The notes beneath the pieces were generated by a model, which was not told where the DNA came from, did no database searches, and saw only the letters and a list, made by a program, of their open reading frames with translations. A stretch of 64,000 nt of DNA from Verrucomicrobiota bacterium (GTDB lineage Bacteria; Verrucomicrobiota; Verrucomicrobiia; Opitutales; Coraliomargaritaceae), in contig JBCBZJ010000001.1 of assembly GCA_039815375.1 (NCBI GenBank), positions 32,001 through 96,000 on the forward strand, given 5' to 3'. Shown in pieces: positions 44,126 to 53,956 of the stretch. Each line of letters starts with the position of its first letter. Position 1 is the first letter of the stretch. Position numbers and translations under genes: made by a program.

Positions 44126-45157
44126 CTAGTCGATGAGGAGTAGATTACGCACAAGTTGTGCTCCTGAGACAGGGCGGACACCAGCCTCAACATCTGTAAC
44201 ACGCGCACGTGCCTCGTCGGCAACTTCTGATTCGGGGGCTATCGTGATAGCTTCCTTGTAAAAGGTGAGCGCGGCTGTGTTGTTGTTGCGATAGTAATAG
44301 AAGAAGTCACCGAGGTTTAGACGGCTCTCTGCAAGTAAGTTTTGCATCGCAGCGAGATTCGCTTCCACTTCGCCCAGGTAGTTGCTTTGCGGGAAAAGGA
44401 TCATGAAATCTTCGTAATAGCTAATCGCCTGGCGCGTAGCGCCCTGATCGTAGTCTGAGCCCTGAACCAGACTGGAGTAGGTGCCGGCCATATTATAGTA
44501 GGCGTCCGGTGCCAGCATGCTCTGCGGATAATAGTTGATAAGCCGGTCAAGTGCGTCGATTGCGATTTCCGATTCATTCTGCTTTTCGGAAAGCAGCGCG
44601 ATGTTCATTAGCGCAAGAGGTGCGTAGTCGCTGTAAGGTCCGTTGCTTACAAGGATCTCAAATTGGCGAACGGCCTCTGTGTATTGCTTGAATCCGGGAA
44701 TAACCCAGAGGATACGGCCTCGAGCACCCTCCATAAGTGCAGTCGCGCACTCAAACTGTGCGCCAATCACCTGATTGTATTGCTCGAAATCCGGATTCTC
44801 GATGACGACCTCTTGCAGTGTATTGAAGGCTTTTTTCCACTTGCCCCCGGTCATCAGGATTTTGCCTAAGAGGTAGCGTGCTTCTCCTGTTGCTTCGGCA
44901 TTGCCATACTTTTTGACGATTTTTTTCAGTTGCCGTTTGGCAAGGCGCGTCTTTCCCGACTCGAGACTTACCTTGGCCGCTTCAACCGCTTTGGTCGCCT
45001 TTGCTTCATCCGCAGCACTCGCGACTTCAATGACAAGACTCTCTTCGTCTGTATCGTCGCCGAACCAGTTCAGGGGATTCAGCTCGATTTGAGCGTTCAA
45101 CCCGGATGGACTGAGCACCAGTAGGATAGTGAATAAGTATCTGGCGGAAATTTGCAT
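44126..45157 (-). CDS. bamD: Outer-membrane assembly factor BamD-like TPR protein
   Basis: PYSDYAP, YPQS..APDA, YDQGATRQAI...FPQSNY. Confidence 0.82.
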   Translation of the reverse strand: MQISARYLFTILLVLSPSGLNAQIELNPLNWFGDDTDEESLVIEVASAADEAKATKAVEAAKVSLESGKTRLAKRQLKKIVKKYGNAEATGEARYLLGKILMTGGKWKKAFNTLQEVVIENPDFEQYNQVIGAQFECATALMEGARGRILWVIPGFKQYTEAVRQFEILVSNGPYSDYAPLALMNIALLSEKQNESEIAIDALDRLINYYPQSMLAPDAYYNMAGTYSSLVQGSDYDQGATRQAISYYEDFMILFPQSNYLGEVEANLAAMQNLLAESRLNLGDFFYYYRNNNTAALTFYKEAITIAPESEVADEARARVTDVEAGVRPVSGAQLVRNLLLID

Positions 45158-45162
45158 AGATC

Positions 45163-46161
45163 TTAATGCCATTCCAGCAGTGATGAGGCCCACGTCAAGC
45201 CTGCCCCAAAGGCAACTAGAAGCACGATGTCACCCTGCTTGATTCTTCCGGCTCTGATTGCTTCATCAAGTGCGATACCGATCGAAGCAGCAGATGTGTT
45301 GCCGTAGCGGTCAAGGTTGTTGTGAAATTTCTCCATCGGCAGCTCCATACGTTTGGCCAGACTTTCGATAATCCGCATGTTGGCCTGGTGGGGAATGATC
45401 AAAGCAACATCTTTTGTGCTGTAACCGCATTCATCAAGAACACTCGAACAGGCTTGCTCCATCACGCGGACTGCGAGTTTAAAGACTTCTTTGCCGTTCA
45501 TCTTCAGGTAGTGCTGGCGCGCCTTCAGTGATGCCTGCGATGCTGGGATGGCCGAGCCCCCCCCGGGCTGGCAAAGCAGGTCTGGATTTGAGCCGTCCGC
45601 ACCGCCAAGAGATCCCAGGACACCGATATTAGGCTTCTCATTCAGGCCAAGCACTGCGGCACTGGCGCCATCTCCGAAAAGCACGCAAGTCGCACGATCT
45701 TCAAAATCCAAAATCGGGCTGGTTTTCTCCGCACCGATGATAAGTGCCTTCTTGTAGCCCCCTGCCTTCAACATCGCAGTAGCGATATTAAGCACATAGA
45801 CGAAACCCGAGCAAGCGGCTTGCACGTCAAAAGCTGTAACTTTACCCAAGCCCAACTTGTGCTGGACCAGGCATGAGGTTGAGGGAAAGGGCATGTCCGG
45901 GGTCATCGTTGCAACGATGATCAGATCGATTTCCGAGGCGTCGGTTCCAGCGGCTTCCAGTGCTTTTGTCGCAGCTGCAGTTGCCAGGTCGCTGGTGGCT
46001 TCGTTTTCTGCTGCGAACCGTCGTTCGCGGATGCCTGTGCGCGTGCGAATCCACTCATCCGAAGTCTCCACGATTTTTGCCATATCGTCATTCGTCACAA
46101 CTTTCTCCGGAGCATAGGCACCAGTGCCGAGAATGACGACAGATGAGTTATGGCAAGACAT
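45163..46161 (-). CDS. fabH: 3-oxoacyl-ACP synthase III
   Basis: [35 protein letters not shown]. Confidence 0.97.
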   Translation of the reverse strand: MSCHNSSVVILGTGAYAPEKVVTNDDMAKIVETSDEWIRTRTGIRERRFAAENEATSDLATAAATKALEAAGTDASEIDLIIVATMTPDMPFPSTSCLVQHKLGLGKVTAFDVQAACSGFVYVLNIATAMLKAGGYKKALIIGAEKTSPILDFEDRATCVLFGDGASAAVLGLNEKPNIGVLGSLGGADGSNPDLLCQPGGGSAIPASQASLKARQHYLKMNGKEVFKLAVRVMEQACSSVLDECGYSTKDVALIIPHQANMRIIESLAKRMELPMEKFHNNLDRYGNTSAASIGIALDEAIRAGRIKQGDIVLLVAFGAGLTWASSLLEWH

Positions 46162-46192
46162 AGGTGTAGCGATGGGGAAGGTTCAGCGCCGC

Positions 46193-47260
46193 TTATGCGG
46201 GCTCAGGAGCTTCTTTCGGTTTGATCAGTTCATTAGCTTGATTGATTTGACTGCTGATTGAGTCAATCATATCATGCTTCACAATCTCAGATGCGATTCG
46301 CATCGCATTGGCAATCGCAGTGTAATTCGCGGAACCGTGGGTCTTAAGAATGTTACCCTTTAGACCCAGCAGCGGGGCGCCGGCATATTTGTCCGGGCTC
46401 AGGCGATAGCGCATGTCGCGAAAAGCAGATTTCGAGAGTGCTGCACCGATCATTCGTTTAGGATTGCGCACCAGTTCTTCTTTCATGGTGCTTCCAATAA
46501 ATTTGTAGACTGCTTCGCTCGATTTGAGAAGGATGTTGCCGACAAAGCCATCGCAGACAATCACGTCGACGTCGCCGTCAAACACATGGAATCCCTCGAT
46601 CGGACCAGTGTAATTAATGACGCCGTCGATTTTTTGGAGTTTCGCATGGGCCTCGTTAATCAGGCTGTTTCCTTTGCCTTCCTCGGTGCCTATAGTAAGT
46701 AGGGCAACGCGCGGTTTTTTGACATTCAGTGCAGCGCGTGAATAGTTCGATCCGAGGATTGCGTTGTGGACCAGATTATCGGAGTTGGACTCTGGATTGG
46801 CACCGACATCGATGAGCACGCTGGGTTGCCGGCGCCCTGGAATGATAATGCCGAGGGCTGGTCGATCGACTCCTGCAAGTGGACGGAGCCTGAGCGTGCC
46901 ACCAGCCATTAGCGCACCGGTATTTCCGCAGCTGACCATGGCGTCGGCTTTGCCCTCTTTAACTAGAGCGATGGCCTGCACCATGGAGGAATCCTTTTTC
47001 TGCTTCAGCGCCTGAATCGGCTTTTCCTCCATACCAATGACTTGATTGGCATGATGGATTTGGATGGTACTGGGGTCAGCGCTTAGCTTGCGGACTTTTA
47101 GCAGGCGCTCCAGTAAGCGGCCTTTGCCAACAAGAGTGAAGTTGCAATTAAGCTTCAGCTCCTCAGTTGCATACAAAAGACCACGGATAAATTCCGTGGG
47201 CCCGAGGTCACCTCCCATAGCATCGACCGCGATGGTGCATTTGACCGCGCGTGCACCCAT
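46193..47260 (-). CDS. plsX: Phosphate acyltransferase PlsX
   Basis: IAVDAMGGD, GNTGA, DVGAN, CDGFVGN, GAPLLG. Confidence 0.97.
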   Translation of the reverse strand: MGARAVKCTIAVDAMGGDLGPTEFIRGLLYATEELKLNCNFTLVGKGRLLERLLKVRKLSADPSTIQIHHANQVIGMEEKPIQALKQKKDSSMVQAIALVKEGKADAMVSCGNTGALMAGGTLRLRPLAGVDRPALGIIIPGRRQPSVLIDVGANPESNSDNLVHNAILGSNYSRAALNVKKPRVALLTIGTEEGKGNSLINEAHAKLQKIDGVINYTGPIEGFHVFDGDVDVIVCDGFVGNILLKSSEAVYKFIGSTMKEELVRNPKRMIGAALSKSAFRDMRYRLSPDKYAGAPLLGLKGNILKTHGSANYTAIANAMRIASEIVKHDMIDSISSQINQANELIKPKEAPEPA

Positions 47261-47295
47261 TGGGAAGTCGTTAAAAATTCTACGGTAGCTGTATC

Positions 47296-47475
47296 CTAGA
47301 CTTCGACGTCGAGGATCTGGCGACCACGATACATTCCGTTGGTAGGGTTCACGCGATGCGGGCGAAAGAGTGTCCCGTCCTGTGAGTCCTTAGCGAGCTG
47401 CGGAAGTTGGAATTGCACTGCACCACGGCGCTTGCGGCTGCGTTGCTTGGATTGTTTGCGTTTTGGCTGTGCCAT
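47296..47475 (-). CDS. rpmF: 50S ribosomal protein L32 (59 aa, no Cys)
   Basis: Below the ORF-track cutoff. My translation: MAQPKRKQSKQRSRKRRG...RPHRVNPTNGMYRGRQILDVEV. Standard rpmF-plsX-fabH order. Confidence 0.95.
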   Translation of the reverse strand: MAQPKRKQSKQRSRKRRGAVQFQLPQLAKDSQDGTLFRPHRVNPTNGMYRGRQILDVEV

Positions 47476-47586
47476 GAAATATGTCTCCTGTTTAAATGTG
47501 CTGGACCTTGAAAATCGTCCAGAGTGCGCGGATTAAAGGGGCTTAGGATTTGCCGTCAAGTAGCAATAAATGGAAATTAGCGCTAC

Positions 47587-48243
47587 TTAAGCGAGTTCTA
47601 AAACAGCTGTGACCAGCTTGTTGATGCCTGCCTCCGCCTCTGTTATCGACTCGGCGAGCATGTATGCTGGCGTGCTGACTACACGGTTTTCGTAGTCGAC
47701 GACAACTTCGTTCACAGGGCAGGCGACATGGACGGCGCCTTTGATTTCGAGGGCAGATGCTGTATCGGCATCGTTGCCGATCGTGAGCTGGACACCCTTG
47801 TCACCGAGTGCGCGGGCGGCGAGTACAGGAGCGATGCATATGAAACCAAGCGTTTTGCCTGCCTGATGGGAGGATTGAATAAGGTCCACAACGCCCGGAT
47901 CGACATCATAATCTGGCCCGTCGAATGCATAGCTGGAGAGGTTTTTTGCCGCGCCAAAGCCGCCGACAAAGATCAATGCATCGAATTCGTGTGCTTTGAG
48001 TGCGTCGAGCGGAGTGATGACACCACGCGAGATACGGGAAGCCTCGATCATCACATTGCGATCTTCGTCGACCATTTCTGAGCCATTCGCATGATCGATG
48101 ACATGTTTTTGTGCAATATCGGGCGCGGCGCAGGTCACATGGGCTCCTCCGCGATCCAGAGCGAGGAGGGTGAGCACGGATTCATGGATTTCGGAGCCGT
48201 CGTAGACACCACAGCCTGAAAGGATAACAGCTACATTTTTCAT
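47587..48243 (-). CDS. elbB: Glyoxalase ElbB (DJ-1/PfpI family)
   Basis: LSGCGVYDGSEIHE, GGFGAAKNL, CIAP, STPAYM. Confidence 0.95.
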   Translation of the reverse strand: MKNVAVILSGCGVYDGSEIHESVLTLLALDRGGAHVTCAAPDIAQKHVIDHANGSEMVDEDRNVMIEASRISRGVITPLDALKAHEFDALIFVGGFGAAKNLSSYAFDGPDYDVDPGVVDLIQSSHQAGKTLGFICIAPVLAARALGDKGVQLTIGNDADTASALEIKGAVHVACPVNEVVVDYENRVVSTPAYMLAESITEAEAGINKLVTAVLELA

Positions 48244-48292
48244 TCTTTGGGTTGACTATAGGGAGAGTGATTTGTTTCGGCGATTACGCGAA

Positions 48293-49294
48293 TTATCGGA
48301 GGAAGGCGAACACCGCAATGGCTAGAGCGATACGATACCATGCGAAAGGTGCAAGACCGTGTTTACTAAGGAAGGAGACCAGCCACTTGACGGCGAGCAT
48401 AGCCGAAACGAAGGCGACGAGACAGCCCACGATGACGGGGCCAAAGTCGAGAGCCGTCACCATCTGCTCACCATCGCTGACCAGTTTGTAGGCCGATGCC
48501 GCGGTTAGGGTAATCAGGCCAAGCAGGAAACTGAATTCCGCTGCGCGCTTTGGGGATAGGCCGGCGAGGTAACCGCCTACAATCGTTGCCATGGATCGGC
48601 TCGTGCCAGGCCACATTGCAAGACATTGGATAAGTCCGATCATCAGCGATTTTTTTATAGAAAGCTCGTGTAGCGCGGGTCCACTTTCTGGTTCGAACAG
48701 ATCCTTATTCTTGTTTTTACGCCAGCGCTCCACGATGAGCATGACGATTGCGCCGACGATGAGCGCTCCTGCAACAGCTTGGATGTTGTCGCCCAAATAG
48801 GATTCGATTATATCGTCTAGCATGAGGCCGATGATGGCGGCAGGGATGAAGGCGGCCACTAGGTTGATCGCGAGTTTTCGTCCGCTGGCACTTTGGCCTA
48901 AAACACCGAGAATTATGTTCAGGATTGTTTGCCAATAAAGCAAAACAACTGCCGCAATTGCACCCGCCTGAATGACGATTACGTAGGCATAGGCTGCTTC
49001 GCCAATGGTGTATGGTCTGGGTAAACCTGTTTCCTCATCGGTCACGAGAATCGCGTTGCCATTGGGGTCGAGCATCGGCTTGTCGCCTTCGAGGCCGAGC
49101 ATTGCATTGGTCAGGATCAGGTGGCCGGTCGACGAGATCGGCAGATATTCGGTAATGCCCTCAACCAGACCCAGAATGACCGCATCCGTATAGCTCAGAC
49201 TTTCGCTGTGGGCGAGCTCGTCTCCCTGCGCAGCCGCCAGAATCTGGGCATTTAGCATCAGCAAGCAGAGCAGAAAGGCTTTTATCCAAGACAT
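48293..49294 (-). CDS. uppP: Undecaprenyl-diphosphate phosphatase
   Basis: GLVEGITEYLPISSTGH, PGTSRS, AAEFSF. Confidence 0.95.
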   Translation of the reverse strand: MSWIKAFLLCLLMLNAQILAAAQGDELAHSESLSYTDAVILGLVEGITEYLPISSTGHLILTNAMLGLEGDKPMLDPNGNAILVTDEETGLPRPYTIGEAAYAYVIVIQAGAIAAVVLLYWQTILNIILGVLGQSASGRKLAINLVAAFIPAAIIGLMLDDIIESYLGDNIQAVAGALIVGAIVMLIVERWRKNKNKDLFEPESGPALHELSIKKSLMIGLIQCLAMWPGTSRSMATIVGGYLAGLSPKRAAEFSFLLGLITLTAASAYKLVSDGEQMVTALDFGPVIVGCLVAFVSAMLAVKWLVSFLSKHGLAPFAWYRIALAIAVFAFLR

Positions 49295-49387
49295 CGTGCT
49301 AACGTATTGCTTTGTCAGGGTATGGGAAGCCGTAAAAGTGATTTTGCTTGTCGTGTTAAAGGGAAGCCTTTGCCTAGCAGAACGTAG

Positions 49388-50446
49388 ATGGACGAACTGA
49401 AATCACTTACAGCGATTGCGGCTGATGGCTGCGAATTGAACGCAGCGCAGGCCTCGAGGGCAGCAACATTGCTGACTGAGGCTGAGTTTGGCGCAGACTC
49501 AAAGAAAGCTTTTCTCATGGCGCTTGCGGCAAAGGGCGAAACGGCTGAGGAAGTGGCGGCCTTCGCGGCAACTTTCCGCGAGATGGCCCTCGATCCTGGT
49601 GTCGAGGCTTGGGCCGATCGTGCGGTTGATGTTTGCGGAACCGGTGGCGATGGGTCCAGCACCTTTAATATTTCAACTGCAGTTTCCTTCCTTGTCGCTG
49701 CTTCGGGAGTGCCCGTTTTCAAACATGGCAATCGTTCGATTACTTCGAAGTGCGGCAGTGCTGATCTATTGGAAGCAGTTGGTATACGACTGGATGCACC
49801 GCATGAGCAACTTCGTCAGTCGCTGGAGGAGCTCAACTTCTGCTTCTTCTTTGCGCCTGCCTTCCATCCTGCATTTAAGGAGATCATGCCTGTGCGTAAG
49901 GCGCTTGCAGCAGAAAAGCAGCGCACCATTTTCAATATTCTTGGGCCTTTGATTAACCCAGGTCGCCCAGCGCACCAGCTCTTGGGAGTTTTCGGTCAAT
50001 CATGGGTTGATCCGCTCGCTTCCGCGCTCGGCTCGATTGGTTTAAAGGCAGGCCTGGTTGTGCACGGCATTCCAGAGCCGGGACGTGCGCTTGATGAACT
50101 CAGTTGTGCGGGCACCAATACAATCGCTGGTTTTGGTAAACTAGCCGGACACGAGGGTGTCTTAACTGCAAACGATGCCGGTTTGCCACCCTGCCATTTT
50201 GCAGAGCTTGCCGGTGGTGACATTGACGGCAATCTTGCGATCCTGCGGGCGCTTCTCAGTGGTGAGTCGGGTGCTGTGCCTGAAGGCTTGCGCAACACCG
50301 TCCTGCTCAATGCCGGTGCAGCTCTTTGGGCTGCTGGTGCGGCGACCGACTTGAAGGTGGGCATCCAAATTGCGGATACAACGCTTGCCGATGGCAGTGT
50401 CGCGCGCTGGCTAGAACGCGCACAACAGTTCTACAAAGAGGCTTAA
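49388..50446 (+). CDS. trpD: Anthranilate phosphoribosyltransferase
   Basis: DVCGTGGD, FNIST, KHGNRS, GPLINP. Confidence 0.96.
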   Translation: MDELKSLTAIAADGCELNAAQASRAATLLTEAEFGADSKKAFLMALAAKGETAEEVAAFAATFREMALDPGVEAWADRAVDVCGTGGDGSSTFNISTAVSFLVAASGVPVFKHGNRSITSKCGSADLLEAVGIRLDAPHEQLRQSLEELNFCFFFAPAFHPAFKEIMPVRKALAAEKQRTIFNILGPLINPGRPAHQLLGVFGQSWVDPLASALGSIGLKAGLVVHGIPEPGRALDELSCAGTNTIAGFGKLAGHEGVLTANDAGLPPCHFAELAGGDIDGNLAILRALLSGESGAVPEGLRNTVLLNAGAALWAAGAATDLKVGIQIADTTLADGSVARWLERAQQFYKEA

Positions 50447-50451
50447 CGGAG

Positions 50452-51804
50452 ATGGCCAAATATTTCGGAACAGACGGCATTCGTGGAACTTTTGGTGATG
50501 CCTTAATCAACCCTGATTTCGCTTTTCGTCTCGGTTCTGCACTTGGGCTTTACATTGCTCATAATAAGCCGGGCCTTCCCTTGAATGCTGTGATTGGCCG
50601 CGATACCCGGATTAGTGGTCCGGCTTTGTCTGATGCCATCATTCAGGGCCTGAACCGCCGCGGTGTCTATGTGCACGATGCAGGGATTGTGCCCACGCCG
50701 GCGATCGCCCAGGCGGTGCTGGAGCAAAACGCCGACATCGGCATAGCGATTACGGCTTCGCATAATCCGGCTTCCGACAACGGCATTAAGCTTTTTGATG
50801 CCAAGGGCCTTAAGCTGGATGAATTTCGTGAGGAGGAAATCGAGGCCTTGGTAGACGCACAGCCGCAACTTTCGGAGGACTTTTCTATGCCGAAGGCCTA
50901 CAATATCGATGCGGCCGGCGCATACATTAACTACATCCGCTCGTTGATGGATCAGAATTGTCTGAGCGGCTGGAAAATTGTTTTTGATCTTGCTAACGGA
51001 GCGACTTGTGAAACGACGCCTGCGACCTTCCGGCGATGGGGGGCAGAACTCTACCTGACCGGAGATAACCCGACAGGCGAGAACATCAACGACGGCGTGG
51101 GCAGCGAGCACCCCGATGCACTGGGGCGAACCGTGCTCGAACAGCGTGCCAATATAGGAATTGCGCACGATGGAGACGGGGATCGCTTGGTCGTTTCCGA
51201 CGAAAACGGCGAAATAGTCGATGGTGATATTTTGCTTGGCCTTTTTGGAATCTACGCACTTCGCTCAGGCGCGTTGCATGCCAAAACCCTCGTGACCACC
51301 GTCCACAGCAATCTTGGTCTCGATCATGCCATTCGTGAGGCAGGCGGCCAGGTCGAGCGTGTTGATGTGGGCGACCGTAACGTTGCCCGCCGGATGCGTG
51401 AGCTTGGTTCAAACATCGGGGGGGAGTCCTCAGGCCATATTATCTTTTCTGACTTTGCCACCACAGGTGATGGCCTGCTGGCAGCGGTAAAGTTGGTCGA
51501 GCTCATCTGCGCAACCGGAAAATCGCTTTCCGAGCTGCGCAAAGAGGTCGTTCTTTTCCCGCAACAGACTATGAATTTGCGTGTTGCCGAAAAACTCTCT
51601 TTCGATGGCTTGAAGAAGCTTCCTCAGGCCATTGCCAAGGCCATGAAGGACTTCGGCGAGGATGGCCGCGTGCTCGTGCGCTACTCAGGTACCGAGCCCA
51701 AACTTCGTCTTCTCGTCGAGGGCACGGACCTCAAAGCTGTCAATCAGACGCTAAATAACCTCGAAAAAGCCGCCCGTGCCGATCTGGAAGTAATTGATAG
51801 TTGA
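50452..51804 (+). CDS. glmM: Phosphoglucosamine mutase
   Basis: YFGTDGIRG, TASHNP, HDGDGDR, GGESSGH, RYSGTEP. Confidence 0.96.
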   Translation: MAKYFGTDGIRGTFGDALINPDFAFRLGSALGLYIAHNKPGLPLNAVIGRDTRISGPALSDAIIQGLNRRGVYVHDAGIVPTPAIAQAVLEQNADIGIAITASHNPASDNGIKLFDAKGLKLDEFREEEIEALVDAQPQLSEDFSMPKAYNIDAAGAYINYIRSLMDQNCLSGWKIVFDLANGATCETTPATFRRWGAELYLTGDNPTGENINDGVGSEHPDALGRTVLEQRANIGIAHDGDGDRLVVSDENGEIVDGDILLGLFGIYALRSGALHAKTLVTTVHSNLGLDHAIREAGGQVERVDVGDRNVARRMRELGSNIGGESSGHIIFSDFATTGDGLLAAVKLVELICATGKSLSELRKEVVLFPQQTMNLRVAEKLSFDGLKKLPQAIAKAMKDFGEDGRVLVRYSGTEPKLRLLVEGTDLKAVNQTLNNLEKAARADLEVIDS

Positions 51805-51845
51805 CCGCTAGGCCCTTTGCACGTTGCAATAGAGTGCTATTGACT

Positions 51846-53249
51846 ATGGAAGAAGTTGCCCTGAAAGACCTCGATACTCGCCTCCAAAAGCAGGTTGAGA
51901 ATGCACGCAAAGCAATTGATAAGAACCCGACCTACTCCGTCGATATTTTGACCAACATTGTTGGGCGCCATCCTGGCTGTTTGGATGCACGCAAAGTGCT
52001 GCGTCAGTCTCAGCAACGTGCCGCTTCTGGCAAGACAAAGGGGCTTGGCGGATTTATTGGCAAGATGACCAGTCTGCCTTTCGCTATGACCGGTGGTAAT
52101 CAATTAAAGAAGGATCCGGCGGCAGCTCTTGAAACTGCCGAGCAAATGCTTGGTGCGAACCCTGCCAATCCTGCAGGCCACAAGATGCTCGGTGCTGCAG
52201 CCGAGGCTCTTGAGCTCGATGAAACTGCGGCCTATGCTTTTGAAGAACTTTACAAGCTTGATCGTGCGAATTCCGAGAGTGCCAAGCTCCTGATGGCTGC
52301 CTTTATCAAAGTTGGAAAGAGTAAGGAAGCGATCGAGATTGGCGATTCCGCTTACCGCGCCAACCCAACGGACGACGAAATTCAGGCCCTGATCAAGAAG
52401 GCCTCCGTTGAACAGACGATGGAAAAAGGGAGGTGGGAAGAGGACAAAAGCTTCCGTGACAAACTCAAGGACGAGGATGAGGCGCAAAAGCTTGAGCAGG
52501 CGGCGCGCGCCAAGACTGGCGAAGTCGGCCTCCGCTCCCTCATTGAAGAATCCAAGAAAGCCGTCGAAGCAGAACCTGGTAACATTAACAACTACCGCGA
52601 CATTGCCAGCAACTACCGTAAGCTTGGCGATTACGACAGCGCCCTCGAATGGGTGGGCAAAGCTCGCGAACTTGAAGCCGGACGGGCTGACATCAATCTT
52701 GAGCGACTCGTAGGCACACTGAAGCGCGAGAAGATGCAGAAAGGAATCGAAGTTGCCGAAGCTGCCCTCGAAGCTGATCCCGAAGACGCTGCAGCCAAGG
52801 CCGAGTTTGAAAAGCTCAAGGTCGAGGAACATGCTTTCCGTCGGGATCAGGCCGAAGACCTCGTCCAGCGCTATCCAAACGAATTCAGCTATCGCTACGA
52901 GCTCGGGGAGCTCTACTTCGAAGACGGTGACACCAACAAGGCTATCGAGAACCTTCAGCTCGCTCTCCGCGCGCCCAAGGTCCGTGTCAACGCACTCATT
53001 CTACTCGGCAAATCCTACCTCAATAAGGGTTTCCACGACATGGCAGCTGAACAACTTCAGACCGCCAAGTCCGAGATCCCAGGCATGAATGAGCAGAAGA
53101 AGAAGGACGTTCTCTACCAGCTCGGCACCGCTTATGAACAACAGGGCGACATGGACAAGGCCATCGCCGAGTTTAAGTCGCTCTATGGTGCTGATATTTC
53201 CTATCGTGACGTTGCCAAAAAGATCGACGATTTCTATTCCAAAAAGTAG
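51846..53249 (+). CDS. Cytoplasmic TPR protein
   Basis: Helical repeats; C-terminal VLYQLG..YE..G...KA..EF..LY..DISYRDV. Confidence 0.8.
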   Translation: MEEVALKDLDTRLQKQVENARKAIDKNPTYSVDILTNIVGRHPGCLDARKVLRQSQQRAASGKTKGLGGFIGKMTSLPFAMTGGNQLKKDPAAALETAEQMLGANPANPAGHKMLGAAAEALELDETAAYAFEELYKLDRANSESAKLLMAAFIKVGKSKEAIEIGDSAYRANPTDDEIQALIKKASVEQTMEKGRWEEDKSFRDKLKDEDEAQKLEQAARAKTGEVGLRSLIEESKKAVEAEPGNINNYRDIASNYRKLGDYDSALEWVGKARELEAGRADINLERLVGTLKREKMQKGIEVAEAALEADPEDAAAKAEFEKLKVEEHAFRRDQAEDLVQRYPNEFSYRYELGELYFEDGDTNKAIENLQLALRAPKVRVNALILLGKSYLNKGFHDMAAEQLQTAKSEIPGMNEQKKKDVLYQLGTAYEQQGDMDKAIAEFKSLYGADISYRDVAKKIDDFYSKK

Positions 53250-53516
53250 ACCTAAAATCGTTCTGCCAGCGACTGGCGTGTACTGCAAAGTTTGATCCGG
53301 GTATCAACTTTCACACGGTGGTCTCTTGAAGGCTTCGGTTCCTGTGGTGCCACCTTACTGAACAGGATGTGGGTAGGATGAGAGGTTTGTGCCTGATAAA
53401 AAACGTACCCTACCCAATAGAATACTCGAAAAGTTCGTTTGTATTTTTCGAATTCAAGACCTCATCTTTTTCCTGAAGTTGCATGCTTCCGGACAAGCCA
53501 CCTGTTACCTCGTTTA

Positions 53517-53936
53517 TCAATCACCCAGCAGTGTGGTGAGTTGGAAAATCGGGAGGAACATTGAAAGAATCATAATGATCACAATTGCTGGTGGAATGTT
53601 GCCGATCACGACTACCGCGAAGATATGCTTTTGCTGATCGAGCACGTAGAGTCCCCAAATGGTTAGTGCCATCAGGCTCAAAATAGAAAGTTGTGTTGAG
53701 AGGAAATTGGATTTTATGAAGCTGGCTGAGTCGAAAAGAATTTGTGTGATCTTAGGCAATTTCGCGCCGAGATCCGCATACATTTCTTCAAAGGCAGTCA
53801 GGACGAAGAGCAAGAGGACGAGCCATATCAGATAGGAAAGGACAACGCTTACGCCGCTGATCCAGAACCATAACGATGGCCGGGTCTTGAGGGATGGCGG
53901 ACTGGGAGCGTTCTCATCCATATTCTGTTCGATCAT
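53517..53936 (-). CDS. Small membrane protein resembling the TM parts of PilC/GspF
   Basis: FEEMYADLGAKLPKITQIL and IMILSMFLPIFQL motifs. Confidence 0.6.
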   Translation of the reverse strand: MIEQNMDENAPSPPSLKTRPSLWFWISGVSVVLSYLIWLVLLLFVLTAFEEMYADLGAKLPKITQILFDSASFIKSNFLSTQLSILSLMALTIWGLYVLDQQKHIFAVVVIGNIPPAIVIIMILSMFLPIFQLTTLLGD

Positions 53937-53956
53937 CTGTATGAATCAGTCGCTGT

